NCBI GenBank assembly: GCA_041690135.1 | Contig: JAWLHY010000003.1 | Span: 128,001 to 192,000 of the forward strand | DNA: 64,000 nucleotides | Direction: 5' to 3' | From: Armatimonadota bacterium | Lineage (GTDB): Bacteria; Armatimonadota; SYMT01 | Shown: positions 38,357-47,194 of the stretch, piece by piece | Numbering within the stretch: the stretch's first letter is position 1 | Layout of the letters: each line of letters opens with the position of its first letter | The notes under the pieces: generated by a model | Told to the model about the DNA's origin: nothing | Database searches by the model: none | What the model saw: only the letters and a program-made list of their open reading frames with translations | Position numbers and translations under genes: made by a program

Positions 38357-40591
38357 CTACCCTTCGCCGTGCGCCGCCGCCCGTACCGGCCTCTCCCCGC
38401 TCGGGGACGTCGCCATCGGGAGGCGCACGGTAAACGTGCTGCCCTGGCCGGGTCCCGTGCTTGCGACCGTAACGGAACCTCCGTGCATCTCGACCAGGCG
38501 CTTCACCAGCGTCAATCCGATCCCCAGGCCCCCGTCGGACCGCGCGAGCGAGCGTTGCCCCTGGGTAAACAGGTCGAACACTTGCGGCAACAGGTCCGGA
38601 GCGATCCCGATCCCGGTATCCCGGACCGTCAGGACGGCCTCGCCGGCGCCTGATTCGTTGCCGAGTGGGGAGAGTGTGCCGGTTGCCGTCCGTCCGTTAG
38701 CGCCGGCCGGATCGAGGGAAGACGGGCGCACGTCCACCTCCACCCAGATCCGCCCGCCGTCCGGGGTGTACTTGGCGGCGTTGTGAAGGAGATTGGAAAC
38801 GACCTGCGCTACCCGGGCGGGATCGGCCAGCAACGGTACGGGCTCCGGCGTGAGCCGAACCTCCACGCGGTGGCCACGACTCTCCAGTTGGGGCTGGGCC
38901 GCCTCCACTGCGTGTTCCACGATCGTGCGGAGGTTGATCGGCTCGCGGCGCAGTTCGATCTTGTTGCGGGTGATCCGGGAGACGTCGAGCAGGTCGTCCA
39001 GGAGGCGGGCCATATGCCGGGCCTGTCGCTCGATAATGTCGCGCTGGCGCCGGGCCGCGGGCAGCTCGAGCGCGCAAAGCTTGAGGACCTCGGTGGCGCT
39101 GAGGATGGGGGAAAGGGGGTTCCGCAGCTCGTGCGCCAGCATGGCCAGGAACTCGTCCTTGCGCCGGTCGGCCTCTGCCAGGGCAGCCTGGCTGGCCTGC
39201 GCCGCCTCCAGAGCTTCCTGGGCTTCCCGGTAGAGGCGTGCATTCTCGATGGCGGTGGCGGCGCGATACGCCAGGTCTTCCACCAGTGGGAGATCCTCCG
39301 GACCGTAGCGACGCCCGGATTCGGCCGCAAACAGCGACATCGCTCCCAGGGTGCGCCCCTGGCTGCGCAGGGGGAGGATCATACAGGAAGTCAGGCCGAC
39401 ACTGCGCAGGACCTCCAGTTGCTCGGCGTCGCGCGCCCCAGCGACCAGCATTTCGTCGGTGATTTCCGAATAGATCTCGACTTCGGCGGTCCGGATAACC
39501 CGCGGGACCCCGCTGGGGGCGTCCGGGTCGTACGCCCAGCGTTTCTCCAACTGCCGCGCCCAGGCGACTTTCGCCTCGTCCATGTGCGCGACGGCGACCT
39601 GCGAAACGCTCCCATCCGCCTGGACCACGTGGACGGTACACCAGTCCGCCAGGTAAGGGACCAGAAGATGCGCCAGATGCTGCAGCGTGGTTTCGTAATC
39701 CAGGGAGGCAGCCAGGATGCGGCTCGCGTCGGCGATAAAGAGCTGGGCCTCTTCGTTTCGCTTGCGCTCCGTGATGTCCACGCAGCTTCCCACGTAGCCG
39801 GCGAAAGCACCGTCTTCGGCGAACCGCGGCACGCCCGTATCGAGCATCCAGCGGTACTCGCCGGTGGCGCTGCGCAGCCGGAAGCGCGTGGTAAAGGGTC
39901 GCCTCTCCTGAAAGGCCTCCGCACAGGTGGCGAGATAGACCTGGTCGTCGGGGTGGACCCCGGTGGTCCAGCCGTCGCCCAGTTCCTCTTCCAGGGTCCT
40001 GCCGGTAAACTCCAGCCAGACCCGGTTGAAGTACACCCCCCGCTTTTGGGCATCGGACATCCAGATGAGTACCGGCGCGCTGTCGGCCAGATTCCGGAAG
40101 AGGACTTCGCTCTCGCGGAGCGCCTGCTCCGCTCGCAACAATTCTTCCGTATGGGCCGCCAGGGAGCGCTGCTCGTCTCGCTGCCGCCGCAGCACCTCTC
40201 GGGCCGCGTGAAGCTCGGTGACGTCCTGGAACACGTTGACCGCACCGACGAGCCGGCCGTCCGCATCGCGGATCGGATCGATATTCACCAGGGCCGTGAA
40301 GCGCGAGCCATCCGGCCGCTCGACCACCGCCTCCTGGTTGCGCACGGCTTCGCCCGTACGGAGGACCGCCGCCATCGGCGTTTCGTCGCGGGCGACCGAT
40401 CGTCCATCTAGCGTCAGCACGCGGAAACTGGCGCAGAACCGTTCGTCCGGATCGCCCAGGCACGGCTCGCGCCCCCAGAGCTCCACCGCTCGGCGGTTGC
40501 ACTGAAGGATAACGCCGGAGGGCGCCTCGCAGACGTAAACGGCCGCGGGGAGCAGGTCGAGCAGTTGAAGGTCGAGTTGCTGGAAGTCCAT
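38357..40591 (-). CDS. Cytoplasmic PAS-PAS-GAF histidine kinase
   Basis: Two PAS/PAC domains, GAF (LADWC...), FLAMLAHELRNPL, NAAKYT, GGLGIGL; start may be 40612. Confidence 0.93.
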   Translation of the reverse strand: MDFQQLDLQLLDLLPAAVYVCEAPSGVILQCNRRAVELWGREPCLGDPDERFCASFRVLTLDGRSVARDETPMAAVLRTGEAVRNQEAVVERPDGSRFTALVNIDPIRDADGRLVGAVNVFQDVTELHAAREVLRRQRDEQRSLAAHTEELLRAEQALRESEVLFRNLADSAPVLIWMSDAQKRGVYFNRVWLEFTGRTLEEELGDGWTTGVHPDDQVYLATCAEAFQERRPFTTRFRLRSATGEYRWMLDTGVPRFAEDGAFAGYVGSCVDITERKRNEEAQLFIADASRILAASLDYETTLQHLAHLLVPYLADWCTVHVVQADGSVSQVAVAHMDEAKVAWARQLEKRWAYDPDAPSGVPRVIRTAEVEIYSEITDEMLVAGARDAEQLEVLRSVGLTSCMILPLRSQGRTLGAMSLFAAESGRRYGPEDLPLVEDLAYRAATAIENARLYREAQEALEAAQASQAALAEADRRKDEFLAMLAHELRNPLSPILSATEVLKLCALELPAARRQRDIIERQARHMARLLDDLLDVSRITRNKIELRREPINLRTIVEHAVEAAQPQLESRGHRVEVRLTPEPVPLLADPARVAQVVSNLLHNAAKYTPDGGRIWVEVDVRPSSLDPAGANGRTATGTLSPLGNESGAGEAVLTVRDTGIGIAPDLLPQVFDLFTQGQRSLARSDGGLGIGLTLVKRLVEMHGGSVTVASTGPGQGSTFTVRLPMATSPSGERPVRAAAHGEG

Positions 40592-40776
40592 AGCGTCGAC
40601 GGGGCGGAACAACTACTTCCCAGTTCGCTGGTGACGGAAAGTTTCCTTTCCGTCCGTTCGCACGGCCGGCAGCGAAGTTCACCCTAAAGGGAAACGAGCA
40701 AACAGCCAAATCCTGCTTGAGCCGGCAATACCGGCGGTCGAAGAGAGAGTATCTCGTCTACTCCCCGGAATGAATT

Positions 40777-42807
40777 ATGTCTCCCGCGATCCGGTCCGGA
40801 GCGCCTACCGGTTCCACGCGCGCGCTCCTTGCCGAGTTGCAGCGTTCTCTGCCGGCGCAGGAAATCCCTTTGAAAGCACCCGTGGCCGGTGGCCCCGGCG
40901 AGCACCGAGCCGACGAGCATTTGCGCCACGTGATGGAAACCCTGCCGGAAGGCGTGTGGTCGATCGGTTTGCCGGGCCTCGAACTCCTCTGCGCTAATGC
41001 CGCGATCGAGCGTATTTTCGGATACTCGCGCGCCGAGTTCTACCGGAATCCTCACCTGTGGCTGGAGACGATCCACCCCGAGGACCGGAAGAATCTGGGG
41101 ACGAGCTTTCGAGAGCTGCTTCGCGACGGTCAGGGCGAGTTCGAGTTTCTTGGAATCCGCGCCGACGGCGAACTCCGCCGCTTACGATCCCGGACCTGGT
41201 GTGTTCGGGACGAGCACGGCCGGCTCCTCCGGATCGATGGTATCACCACGGAAGTTCGCACTCCCGGGCCGGGTGAACCGGGGCTCCGGAACAGCGCCCG
41301 CCAGCTTCGCCGGCTGATCGACCACGCCGCCGATACCCTTTTCATTCACGACCGCGAGGGACGCATCTTCGACGTCAACGAGCAGGCATGCCGCAGTCTC
41401 GGCTACACGCGAGTGGAACTCCTGAGCCTGCATGTCGAACAGATCGAAGTGGGGACCGGAGCGGACGAACTCCACCGTCTCTGGCGAACCGCCGGCCGGG
41501 ATATCCCCATGACCTTGCAGGGAACCCACCGGCGCAAAGACGGAACGACCTTTCCGGTAGAGGTCCGCCTGAGCCGCCTGAATGCGGAGGACGACACCTT
41601 TTTCGTGGTCGTGGCTCGCGATGTTTCGGAGCGCCGGCACCTGGAGGAGCAGTTGCGGCAGTCCCAGAAGATGGAGGCGGTGGGGCGGCTGGCCGGGGGC
41701 GTGGCGCACGACTTCAACAACATGCTGGCCGTGATCAACGGCTACAGTCATCTGCTACTCCAGATGCCGGAGACTCCCGAAACGGTCCGGCAGCACGTCG
41801 CACAGATCGCCCAGGCCGGCGAGCGGGCGGCCTCGCTCACCCGGCAACTCCTGGCGTTCAGCCGCCGCCAGGTTGTGAATCCTCGCCCCCTCGATCTGAT
41901 CGAGACGGTGCAGAACCTCCGACGCATGCTCGACCGGCTGATCGGGGAGGACGTGCGCCTGGCCGTCGAATGCGTGCCCGAGACGGGCCGGATCCTGGCG
42001 GACCCGAGCCAGATCGAGCAGGTGTTGATGAACCTGGTCGTGAACGGGCGGGATGCCATGCCCCAAGGGGGCAGCATCACGATTCGCACCCGGAATGTGC
42101 CGGCGGGCGAAGGACCCTCCGTGGCGCGGGAAGCGGCCGCGGGATGGGTGGCGCTCTCGGTGGCGGATTCCGGAGTCGGCATGGATCCGGAAACCGTCAC
42201 CCGCATCTTCGAACCGTTCTTCACGACGAAACCGGCGGGCCAGGGTACGGGGCTCGGTCTCGCGACTGTGTACGGCATCGTGTGCCAGAACGGGGGCGAG
42301 ATCGAAGTTGCCACGGACGTGGGAAAGGGGACGACGTTCACGATCTACCTTCCCAGGCTGGCGGGGGGCGGTGAGGCGAGCGAAGCGGCGGATCCCACCG
42401 CGGATAGTCACCGGGGAGCCGAGACCGTGCTGGTCGTGGAGGACGATCCCCTGGTGTGTCGCATCGCGGAAAGCGCCCTGCGAAGCGCCGGTTACGCCGT
42501 GCTGTCGGTGGGATCGGGACCCGAGGCTCTGGAGCTACTCTCCACATTCTCCTGCGATCCGGACCTGGTACTCACCGACGTGGTGATGCCGGAAATGAGC
42601 GGAGGCGAGCTGGCGGAGGAACTGGCCCGGCGGCGGCCCGACCTCCCCATCCTGTTCATGTCCGGGTACAACGAAGACTTCATCCTGGCCCAGGGGCTGC
42701 GCGCCGGCCAGGTGGAACTCCTGTCCAAGCCGTTCACCCCGCTGGAACTGGCCCGGAAGGTACGGGCCATGCTCGACCGGCGGCACCATGCGCGGTCCGT
42801 TGCGTAA
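40777..42807 (+). CDS. PAS-PAS hybrid histidine kinase/receiver (CckA-like architecture)
   Basis: QKMEAVGRLAGGVAHDFNN, NGRDAM, FEPFFTTK, GTGLGL, receiver DVVMP/KPF; start uncertain. Confidence 0.93.
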   Translation: MSPAIRSGAPTGSTRALLAELQRSLPAQEIPLKAPVAGGPGEHRADEHLRHVMETLPEGVWSIGLPGLELLCANAAIERIFGYSRAEFYRNPHLWLETIHPEDRKNLGTSFRELLRDGQGEFEFLGIRADGELRRLRSRTWCVRDEHGRLLRIDGITTEVRTPGPGEPGLRNSARQLRRLIDHAADTLFIHDREGRIFDVNEQACRSLGYTRVELLSLHVEQIEVGTGADELHRLWRTAGRDIPMTLQGTHRRKDGTTFPVEVRLSRLNAEDDTFFVVVARDVSERRHLEEQLRQSQKMEAVGRLAGGVAHDFNNMLAVINGYSHLLLQMPETPETVRQHVAQIAQAGERAASLTRQLLAFSRRQVVNPRPLDLIETVQNLRRMLDRLIGEDVRLAVECVPETGRILADPSQIEQVLMNLVVNGRDAMPQGGSITIRTRNVPAGEGPSVAREAAAGWVALSVADSGVGMDPETVTRIFEPFFTTKPAGQGTGLGLATVYGIVCQNGGEIEVATDVGKGTTFTIYLPRLAGGGEASEAADPTADSHRGAETVLVVEDDPLVCRIAESALRSAGYAVLSVGSGPEALELLSTFSCDPDLVLTDVVMPEMSGGELAEELARRRPDLPILFMSGYNEDFILAQGLRAGQVELLSKPFTPLELARKVRAMLDRRHHARSVA

Positions 42808-42929
42808 GTTTGTTCTTCAGAATCCGTCGCCAACGGTCGAACGGGTGGGTGTCGCGGCCGGAGAAAGTAGCGGAAACGCCGCGGCTTCGGACGGTCCGGC
42901 GGCTAGCACTGCCCCGTGAGGAAACTCGA

Positions 42930-43376
42930 ATGGATCCCTGGGACCTGATCATCCTTAGAAACGAGCGGCTGGACACGCTGCAGGAGACGGTCCGCGCACG
43001 CTGCGGTGAGGGCTGGCGCCTGATGTGTCTGGTCGCGCGGGTCCACAGCCGCACCGGCTCTTCCCCGGAGTGCGGCCAGGTGGGCCCCCCCTTCGTGGCC
43101 GTCCTCCAGAAGGGCGCGGAGGGCGGGCCCGGGATCGCGCCTCCGCTCCAGGTACTCCGAGATCCTGCGCCCGGCAGCGACGCCGAAGTGGAGTGCATCA
43201 GCCGGGAGGCGGAACGCCTGGCGCGAGAAGGCCAGTTCGCCCGGGGTTACACGCTGTTGCTGCAGGGCTTGGACGTGGCCAGATTCGAGTGCGGCGAGGG
43301 CGATTCGGCCACGGTCTCCCTCTGGCAAGCGGCGCTCGAAGACTTCTGCCGCCGCCATGCCGGCTGGCTCACGTAA
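42930..43376 (+). CDS. Hypothetical protein
   Basis: SD GAGGA before ATG 42930; MDPWDLIILRNE...; helical C-terminus. Confidence 0.6.
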   Translation: MDPWDLIILRNERLDTLQETVRARCGEGWRLMCLVARVHSRTGSSPECGQVGPPFVAVLQKGAEGGPGIAPPLQVLRDPAPGSDAEVECISREAERLAREGQFARGYTLLLQGLDVARFECGEGDSATVSLWQAALEDFCRRHAGWLT

Positions 43377-43396
43377 CGCGAGCTAATTTCTGTAGA

Positions 43397-43429
43397 AACA
43401 GTTTACACGTGAATTATTCGGCGTATAAT
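43397..43429 (+). promoter_or_regulatory. Sigma70-type promoter overlapped by palindromic operator 1
   Basis: TTTACA (43402)-16-TATAAT (43424); operator AACAGTTTAC-AC-GTGAATTATT at 43397-43418. Confidence 0.75.
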
Positions 43430-43435
43430 AGAGAC

Positions 43436-43879
43436 GTGAGCAAGAGTTATGACTACCGGGGCAGCCGGACCATGCAGTTACTCCGGTCGCTGGTCGAAGC
43501 GCACCGCAGCGTCATCGAGGCGGACGACGCGCAGATCGAGAGCTATGGGCTCTCTTCCTGTGAGTTCGACTGCCTGGTGACCCTGGGAGTGGCACAGCCG
43601 CTGCGGATGTGCGACCTGGCCAGTCAGTCGCTGATGACGAAAAGCCATACCACCCAGGTAATGAAAGCATTGGAACGACGGGGTTTGGTACGGCGGGAGC
43701 GGAGCCCGGAGAGCGACCGGGAGGTACTGGCTTCGCTAACGGCGGAAGGGGAGACCTTGTTCGAACGGATCTATCCGCTCCACTACCACTGGCTTACGGC
43801 GCTTTTTGGAGAACGCCTTTCCGACGAGGAACAACAGGAGCTAACCGGCCTTTTGCGCAAACTGGCGGATGGCGGGTAG
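43436..43879 (+). CDS. MarR family transcriptional regulator
   Basis: YGLSSCEFDCL, LERRGLVRRERSPESDREVLASLTAEG; GTG 43436 (or ATG 43472). Confidence 0.9.
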   Translation: MSKSYDYRGSRTMQLLRSLVEAHRSVIEADDAQIESYGLSSCEFDCLVTLGVAQPLRMCDLASQSLMTKSHTTQVMKALERRGLVRRERSPESDREVLASLTAEGETLFERIYPLHYHWLTALFGERLSDEEQQELTGLLRKLADGG

Positions 43880-43896
43880 CGCTTTTCTTTTGGGAC

Positions 43897-43918
43897 AACA
43901 GTTCACCAGTGAATTGTT
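43897..43918. promoter_or_regulatory. Palindromic operator 2 upstream of DoxX gene
   Basis: AACAGTTCAC-CA-GTGAATTGTT; near-perfect palindrome matching operator 1. Confidence 0.75.
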
Positions 43919-43942
43919 CTTGATTGAACTAGGAGAAGACCG

Positions 43943-44470
43943 ATGACTGCGGAACGAACGACAGGATGGGAAACGGCTCGGGATCTGGGTTACCTGGCCT
44001 TGCGTGCTACCCTGGGGGTAATCTTTATGGCCCACGGGGCGCAGAAGCTGTTCGGCTGGTTCGGGGGCTACGGCTGGAACGCCACGCTCGATTACTTCGC
44101 GACCCAGATGGGCGTGCCGGCGCCGCTGGGCGCGCTGGCCATTCTGACAGAGTTTTTCGGAGGCGCGGCGGTGCTGTTGGGCGTCTTCAGCCGGCTGGCT
44201 GCGTTGGGGCTGGCGGTCACGATGGTGGTCGCGGCTGCGAAGGCGCACCTGGCCAACGGCTTCTTTATCAACTGGACCAACGCGGCGGGCCAGGGCCACG
44301 GCATCGAAATGAACCTGGCGCTGTTCGGAATGGCCCTGCTGGTGCTTCTCGCCGGTCCGGGCCGATGGGCCGTAGCCGGCGACACGGAACGGGTCCTGGC
44401 GGATCGCCTGGGTAGTCAACCCGAAGCGGGTGACCCGAAGCCGGCCGTCGCAGGCGGCGCCACTGCCTGA
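43943..44470 (+). CDS. DoxX family membrane protein
   Basis: LRATLGVIFMAHGAQKLFGWFGG, EFFGG, GIEMNL, GPGRWA. Confidence 0.92.
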   Translation: MTAERTTGWETARDLGYLALRATLGVIFMAHGAQKLFGWFGGYGWNATLDYFATQMGVPAPLGALAILTEFFGGAAVLLGVFSRLAALGLAVTMVVAAAKAHLANGFFINWTNAAGQGHGIEMNLALFGMALLVLLAGPGRWAVAGDTERVLADRLGSQPEAGDPKPAVAGGATA

Positions 44471-44550
44471 CGTCCCGGAGTTCCGGTCCCCAGGGCGGGC
44501 CCTGACCAGCAGGTGCCCGCCCTGGGCTGCGTACCTGGCCCCGGAAACTT

Positions 44551-45168
44551 TCAGTAGCGGTAGGGGGGATAGGGATATCCCGCTTCCGCGGGCGTGCGCA
44601 GCTCATTCAGGTCCGCGAGCCACTCTCCCAGCACCCGCGCGAGCTCGGCATTCCCCCGGACCTCCCACCGCTCGTCCCGCACCGGGCGCTCCCCCAGGGC
44701 CGTTCCCAGGCCGTCCGGGTGTTCCAGGTGCCACGGGGCCAACTCGATGTAGCGCAGGTGATAAGTCCGCGCCGAGGTCTCCCCGGCCCCTCCCGCCTGC
44801 CGCATCTCCTGCCAGCCCTCCAGGAGCTGCTCCAGGCCCTGGTGCGTCCATACCACCGGCTCGACGTAGATCCAGGCGGTGGGGAAGTGATGCGTGTTGC
44901 GTAATGCGTAATGGGAACCGGCTGGGGCAGGAGTGAGTTCGGTGTTCGGGTGTTCGGTGTTCGGGTGTTTGGTGTTCGGGTGTTTGGTGTTCAGGCCCTC
45001 AGTTGGGTGTAGAGCCTGGGCAAGGGGCGGTGGGAGTTGGGAGGCTGTGGCGGTGGGGGTTGCCGCCGGCACAGGGGAGGCGGCAGCCGGTGACAGCTTA
45101 CCGGAGACCCGGGCGGCGACCGCCCCTCCCAGCCGAAGACGGTTAGTGACCTTGAGAGGCAGGGTCAT
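44551..45168 (-). CDS. Hypothetical protein carrying in-frame repeat insertions
   Basis: Starts 15 nt after the NHL gene stop; globular-looking C-terminal half; middle encodes NTKHP/NTEHP repeats. Confidence 0.55.
   Translation of the reverse strand: MTLPLKVTNRLRLGGAVAARVSGKLSPAAASPVPAATPTATASQLPPPLAQALHPTEGLNTKHPNTKHPNTEHPNTELTPAPAGSHYALRNTHHFPTAWIYVEPVVWTHQGLEQLLEGWQEMRQAGGAGETSARTYHLRYIELAPWHLEHPDGLGTALGERPVRDERWEVRGNAELARVLGEWLADLNELRTPAEAGYPYPPYRY
44941..44995. repeat. 15-bp tandem repeat GGTGTTCGGGTGTT(C/T), about 3.7 copies
   Basis: Read directly from the sequence. Confidence 0.85.
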
Positions 45169-45183
45169 GATCCGTAATTGGAC

Positions 45184-46269
45184 CTATCGAACCGGATTCA
45201 CGCGAATCCGGTGGTTGTTGGTGTCGCCGGTGTAGAGGTTGCCCTTCGCATCGACCCAGCACCCGTGCGGCCGGCCCATGCCCGCCTGGGTGGCGGGACC
45301 GCCGTCGCCGTCCGAGCCCGCGTGGCCGCCCGCGACCGTGGTGATGACGTTGCTTTGGGTATCGATCCGCCGCACGCACTGGTTCTCGGTATCCACGATG
45401 TAGACGTGATTGTCCGGCCCGACATGGATCCACTTGGGACCGTTGAACGTCGCGGCTGCCGCCGGGCCCCCGTCTCCCGTGTAACCCTTCTTCCCGTTAC
45501 CGGCGATGGTCCGGATGATGTGCGTCTTCGGATCGACCCGGCGGATGCGATTGCCCTCGCGCTCGCAGATGTACATGGTGCCGTCCCTGGCGAAGGCCAC
45601 GCCGCGGGCGCCCTGGATGCCGGCCTCCCCCACCGGTCCGCCATCCCCGGTGAACTCGCGCTTTCCGGTTCCCGCCACCGTGTTGATAATCCCCGTCTTC
45701 GCATCCACCTTGCGGATCCGGTTATCGGTCACGTCGGCGATGTAGAGGTTCCCGTCGGGATCGAAGTCGAGCGCGTTCGGCTCCTTCATCATTGCCTGGG
45801 TGGCCGGACCCCCGTCTCCGCCGTAGCCTTTCTGGCCGTTTCCGGCATACGTGCTCATGGTGCCGGTCTTCGCGTCCACGCGCCGGATCACCTGGTTCAG
45901 GCGGTCGACGATGAACAGGTTCCCATCCCGGTCCGGCAGCACCCCGTAGGGTTCATTCATCGTGGCCCGGGTGGCGGGACCGCCGTCGCCGGAGTACCCC
46001 TTCTGGCCGTTGCCGGCGACCGTGGTGATGACGCCGGTCTTGCCGTCCACCTTGCGGATGCAATGGTTGAAGGTGTCCGCAATGTAGAGGTGGCCGTGCC
46101 GGTCCATGCTGCAGTGGAACGGCTGGTTCAACGTGGCCTGGGTCGCGGGCCCGCCGTCCCCCGAATACCCCTGCGCCCCCGTTCCCGCATAGGCCCGGAT
46201 GATCCCCGGGCTCTGGGCCGCCGCGCTCGTCGCGAGTAATGCCCCCAGTAGAGCTGCCGCCTTCCGCAT
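45184..46269 (-). CDS. Secreted NHL-repeat beta-propeller
   Basis: Six repeats of AGxGxxGYxGDGGPATxA.xxxP...GNLYIAD..N..IR. Confidence 0.92.
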   Translation of the reverse strand: MRKAAALLGALLATSAAAQSPGIIRAYAGTGAQGYSGDGGPATQATLNQPFHCSMDRHGHLYIADTFNHCIRKVDGKTGVITTVAGNGQKGYSGDGGPATRATMNEPYGVLPDRDGNLFIVDRLNQVIRRVDAKTGTMSTYAGNGQKGYGGDGGPATQAMMKEPNALDFDPDGNLYIADVTDNRIRKVDAKTGIINTVAGTGKREFTGDGGPVGEAGIQGARGVAFARDGTMYICEREGNRIRRVDPKTHIIRTIAGNGKKGYTGDGGPAAAATFNGPKWIHVGPDNHVYIVDTENQCVRRIDTQSNVITTVAGGHAGSDGDGGPATQAGMGRPHGCWVDAKGNLYTGDTNNHRIRVNPVR

Positions 46270-46349
46270 GACCGATCTTCTCCTCCCAACCGTTCGATAA
46301 CGCATTCCGGGCTTTCGTTCGCCGCGTGCACCGCAGGTGCCTCCGCGTT

Positions 46350-46405
46350 AGCAGAAGGCAGTGGGCAGAAGGCAGTCGGCAGATGGCGGTAGGCAGAAGG
46401 CAGAA
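46350..46405. repeat. GGCAG(AA/TG/TC) heptamer tandem repeat
   Basis: GCAGAAGGCAGTGGGCAGAAGGCAGTCGGCAGATGGCGGTAGGCAGAAGGCAGAA. Confidence 0.7.
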
Positions 46406-46463
46406 GTAGGGCGGAGGCTCCGTCCCCGCCTGCCTTTGGACTTGCACCGGTGCTGCCGTGTGG
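46400..46463 (+). repeat. 64-bp GTAG-type dispersed repeat, copy A (copy B at 50244-50307)
   Basis: 56/64 identity with copy B by manual alignment. Confidence 0.8.
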
Positions 46464-46677
46464 GACCCCACGTACGCAGATGGAATGCGGACCCGCAAGG
46501 CATACAACTCACTGGTGCGTTCCAGGTGCGCCGGCGCCAACCCTCCGCCTCGCGTGGCCCATCCATTCGCCCAATTCGCCCAATTCGCGGATCGTTCCAT
46601 TCGCGGACCCGGGTTTCACTTCCGGCTCCTGCCAGAATAACCATCCTGGGATGGCTCCCCGAGACGCCTGCGAAACC

Positions 46678-47193
46678 ATGACTGCATCCAACCGCGAAAG
46701 CCTTCGGCCCGTACAGGGAGCGGACCGCTCCCTTCGCCGGCGGCTGACGCTGAAAGACGAGTTGCTGCTGGCCGTGTTACCGACGGTGACGATCCTGCTG
46801 GTGCTCGCCATGGTCGAGGTGCTGACGGAGCAGCGCTTGCTTTTCGCTTCCCTGGCTTCCAGCGCGTTTCTCATCTACCTCGACCCACAGCACGGCACCA
46901 ACTCCGTGCGGACCCTGGTCCTTTCGCAGATGAGCGCTGCCGTCATCGGCCTGCTGGCCTACGTCATCCTGGGCCCCGGCTACGCTTCCGGCGGGTTGGC
47001 CATGGTGGTCACGATCGTCCTGCTCATCGTCCTCGACGCCGTGCACCCGCCCGCCATCTCCACGGCCCTCGGCTTCGCCTTCCGCGCCGGCGATCAGAGC
47101 AACCTGGTCCTGTTCAGCCTCGCCGTGGCGATCACGGCCGCGCTGGTGCTGATGGAGCAAGCCGCTCTCTGGCTCCTCGCCCGTCGCTCCTGA
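46678..47193 (+). CDS. HPP family membrane protein
   Basis: LFASLASSAFLIY, AVHPPAISTAL, 4-5 TM. Confidence 0.88.
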   Translation: MTASNRESLRPVQGADRSLRRRLTLKDELLLAVLPTVTILLVLAMVEVLTEQRLLFASLASSAFLIYLDPQHGTNSVRTLVLSQMSAAVIGLLAYVILGPGYASGGLAMVVTIVLLIVLDAVHPPAISTALGFAFRAGDQSNLVLFSLAVAITAALVLMEQAALWLLARRS

Positions 47194-47194
47194 C

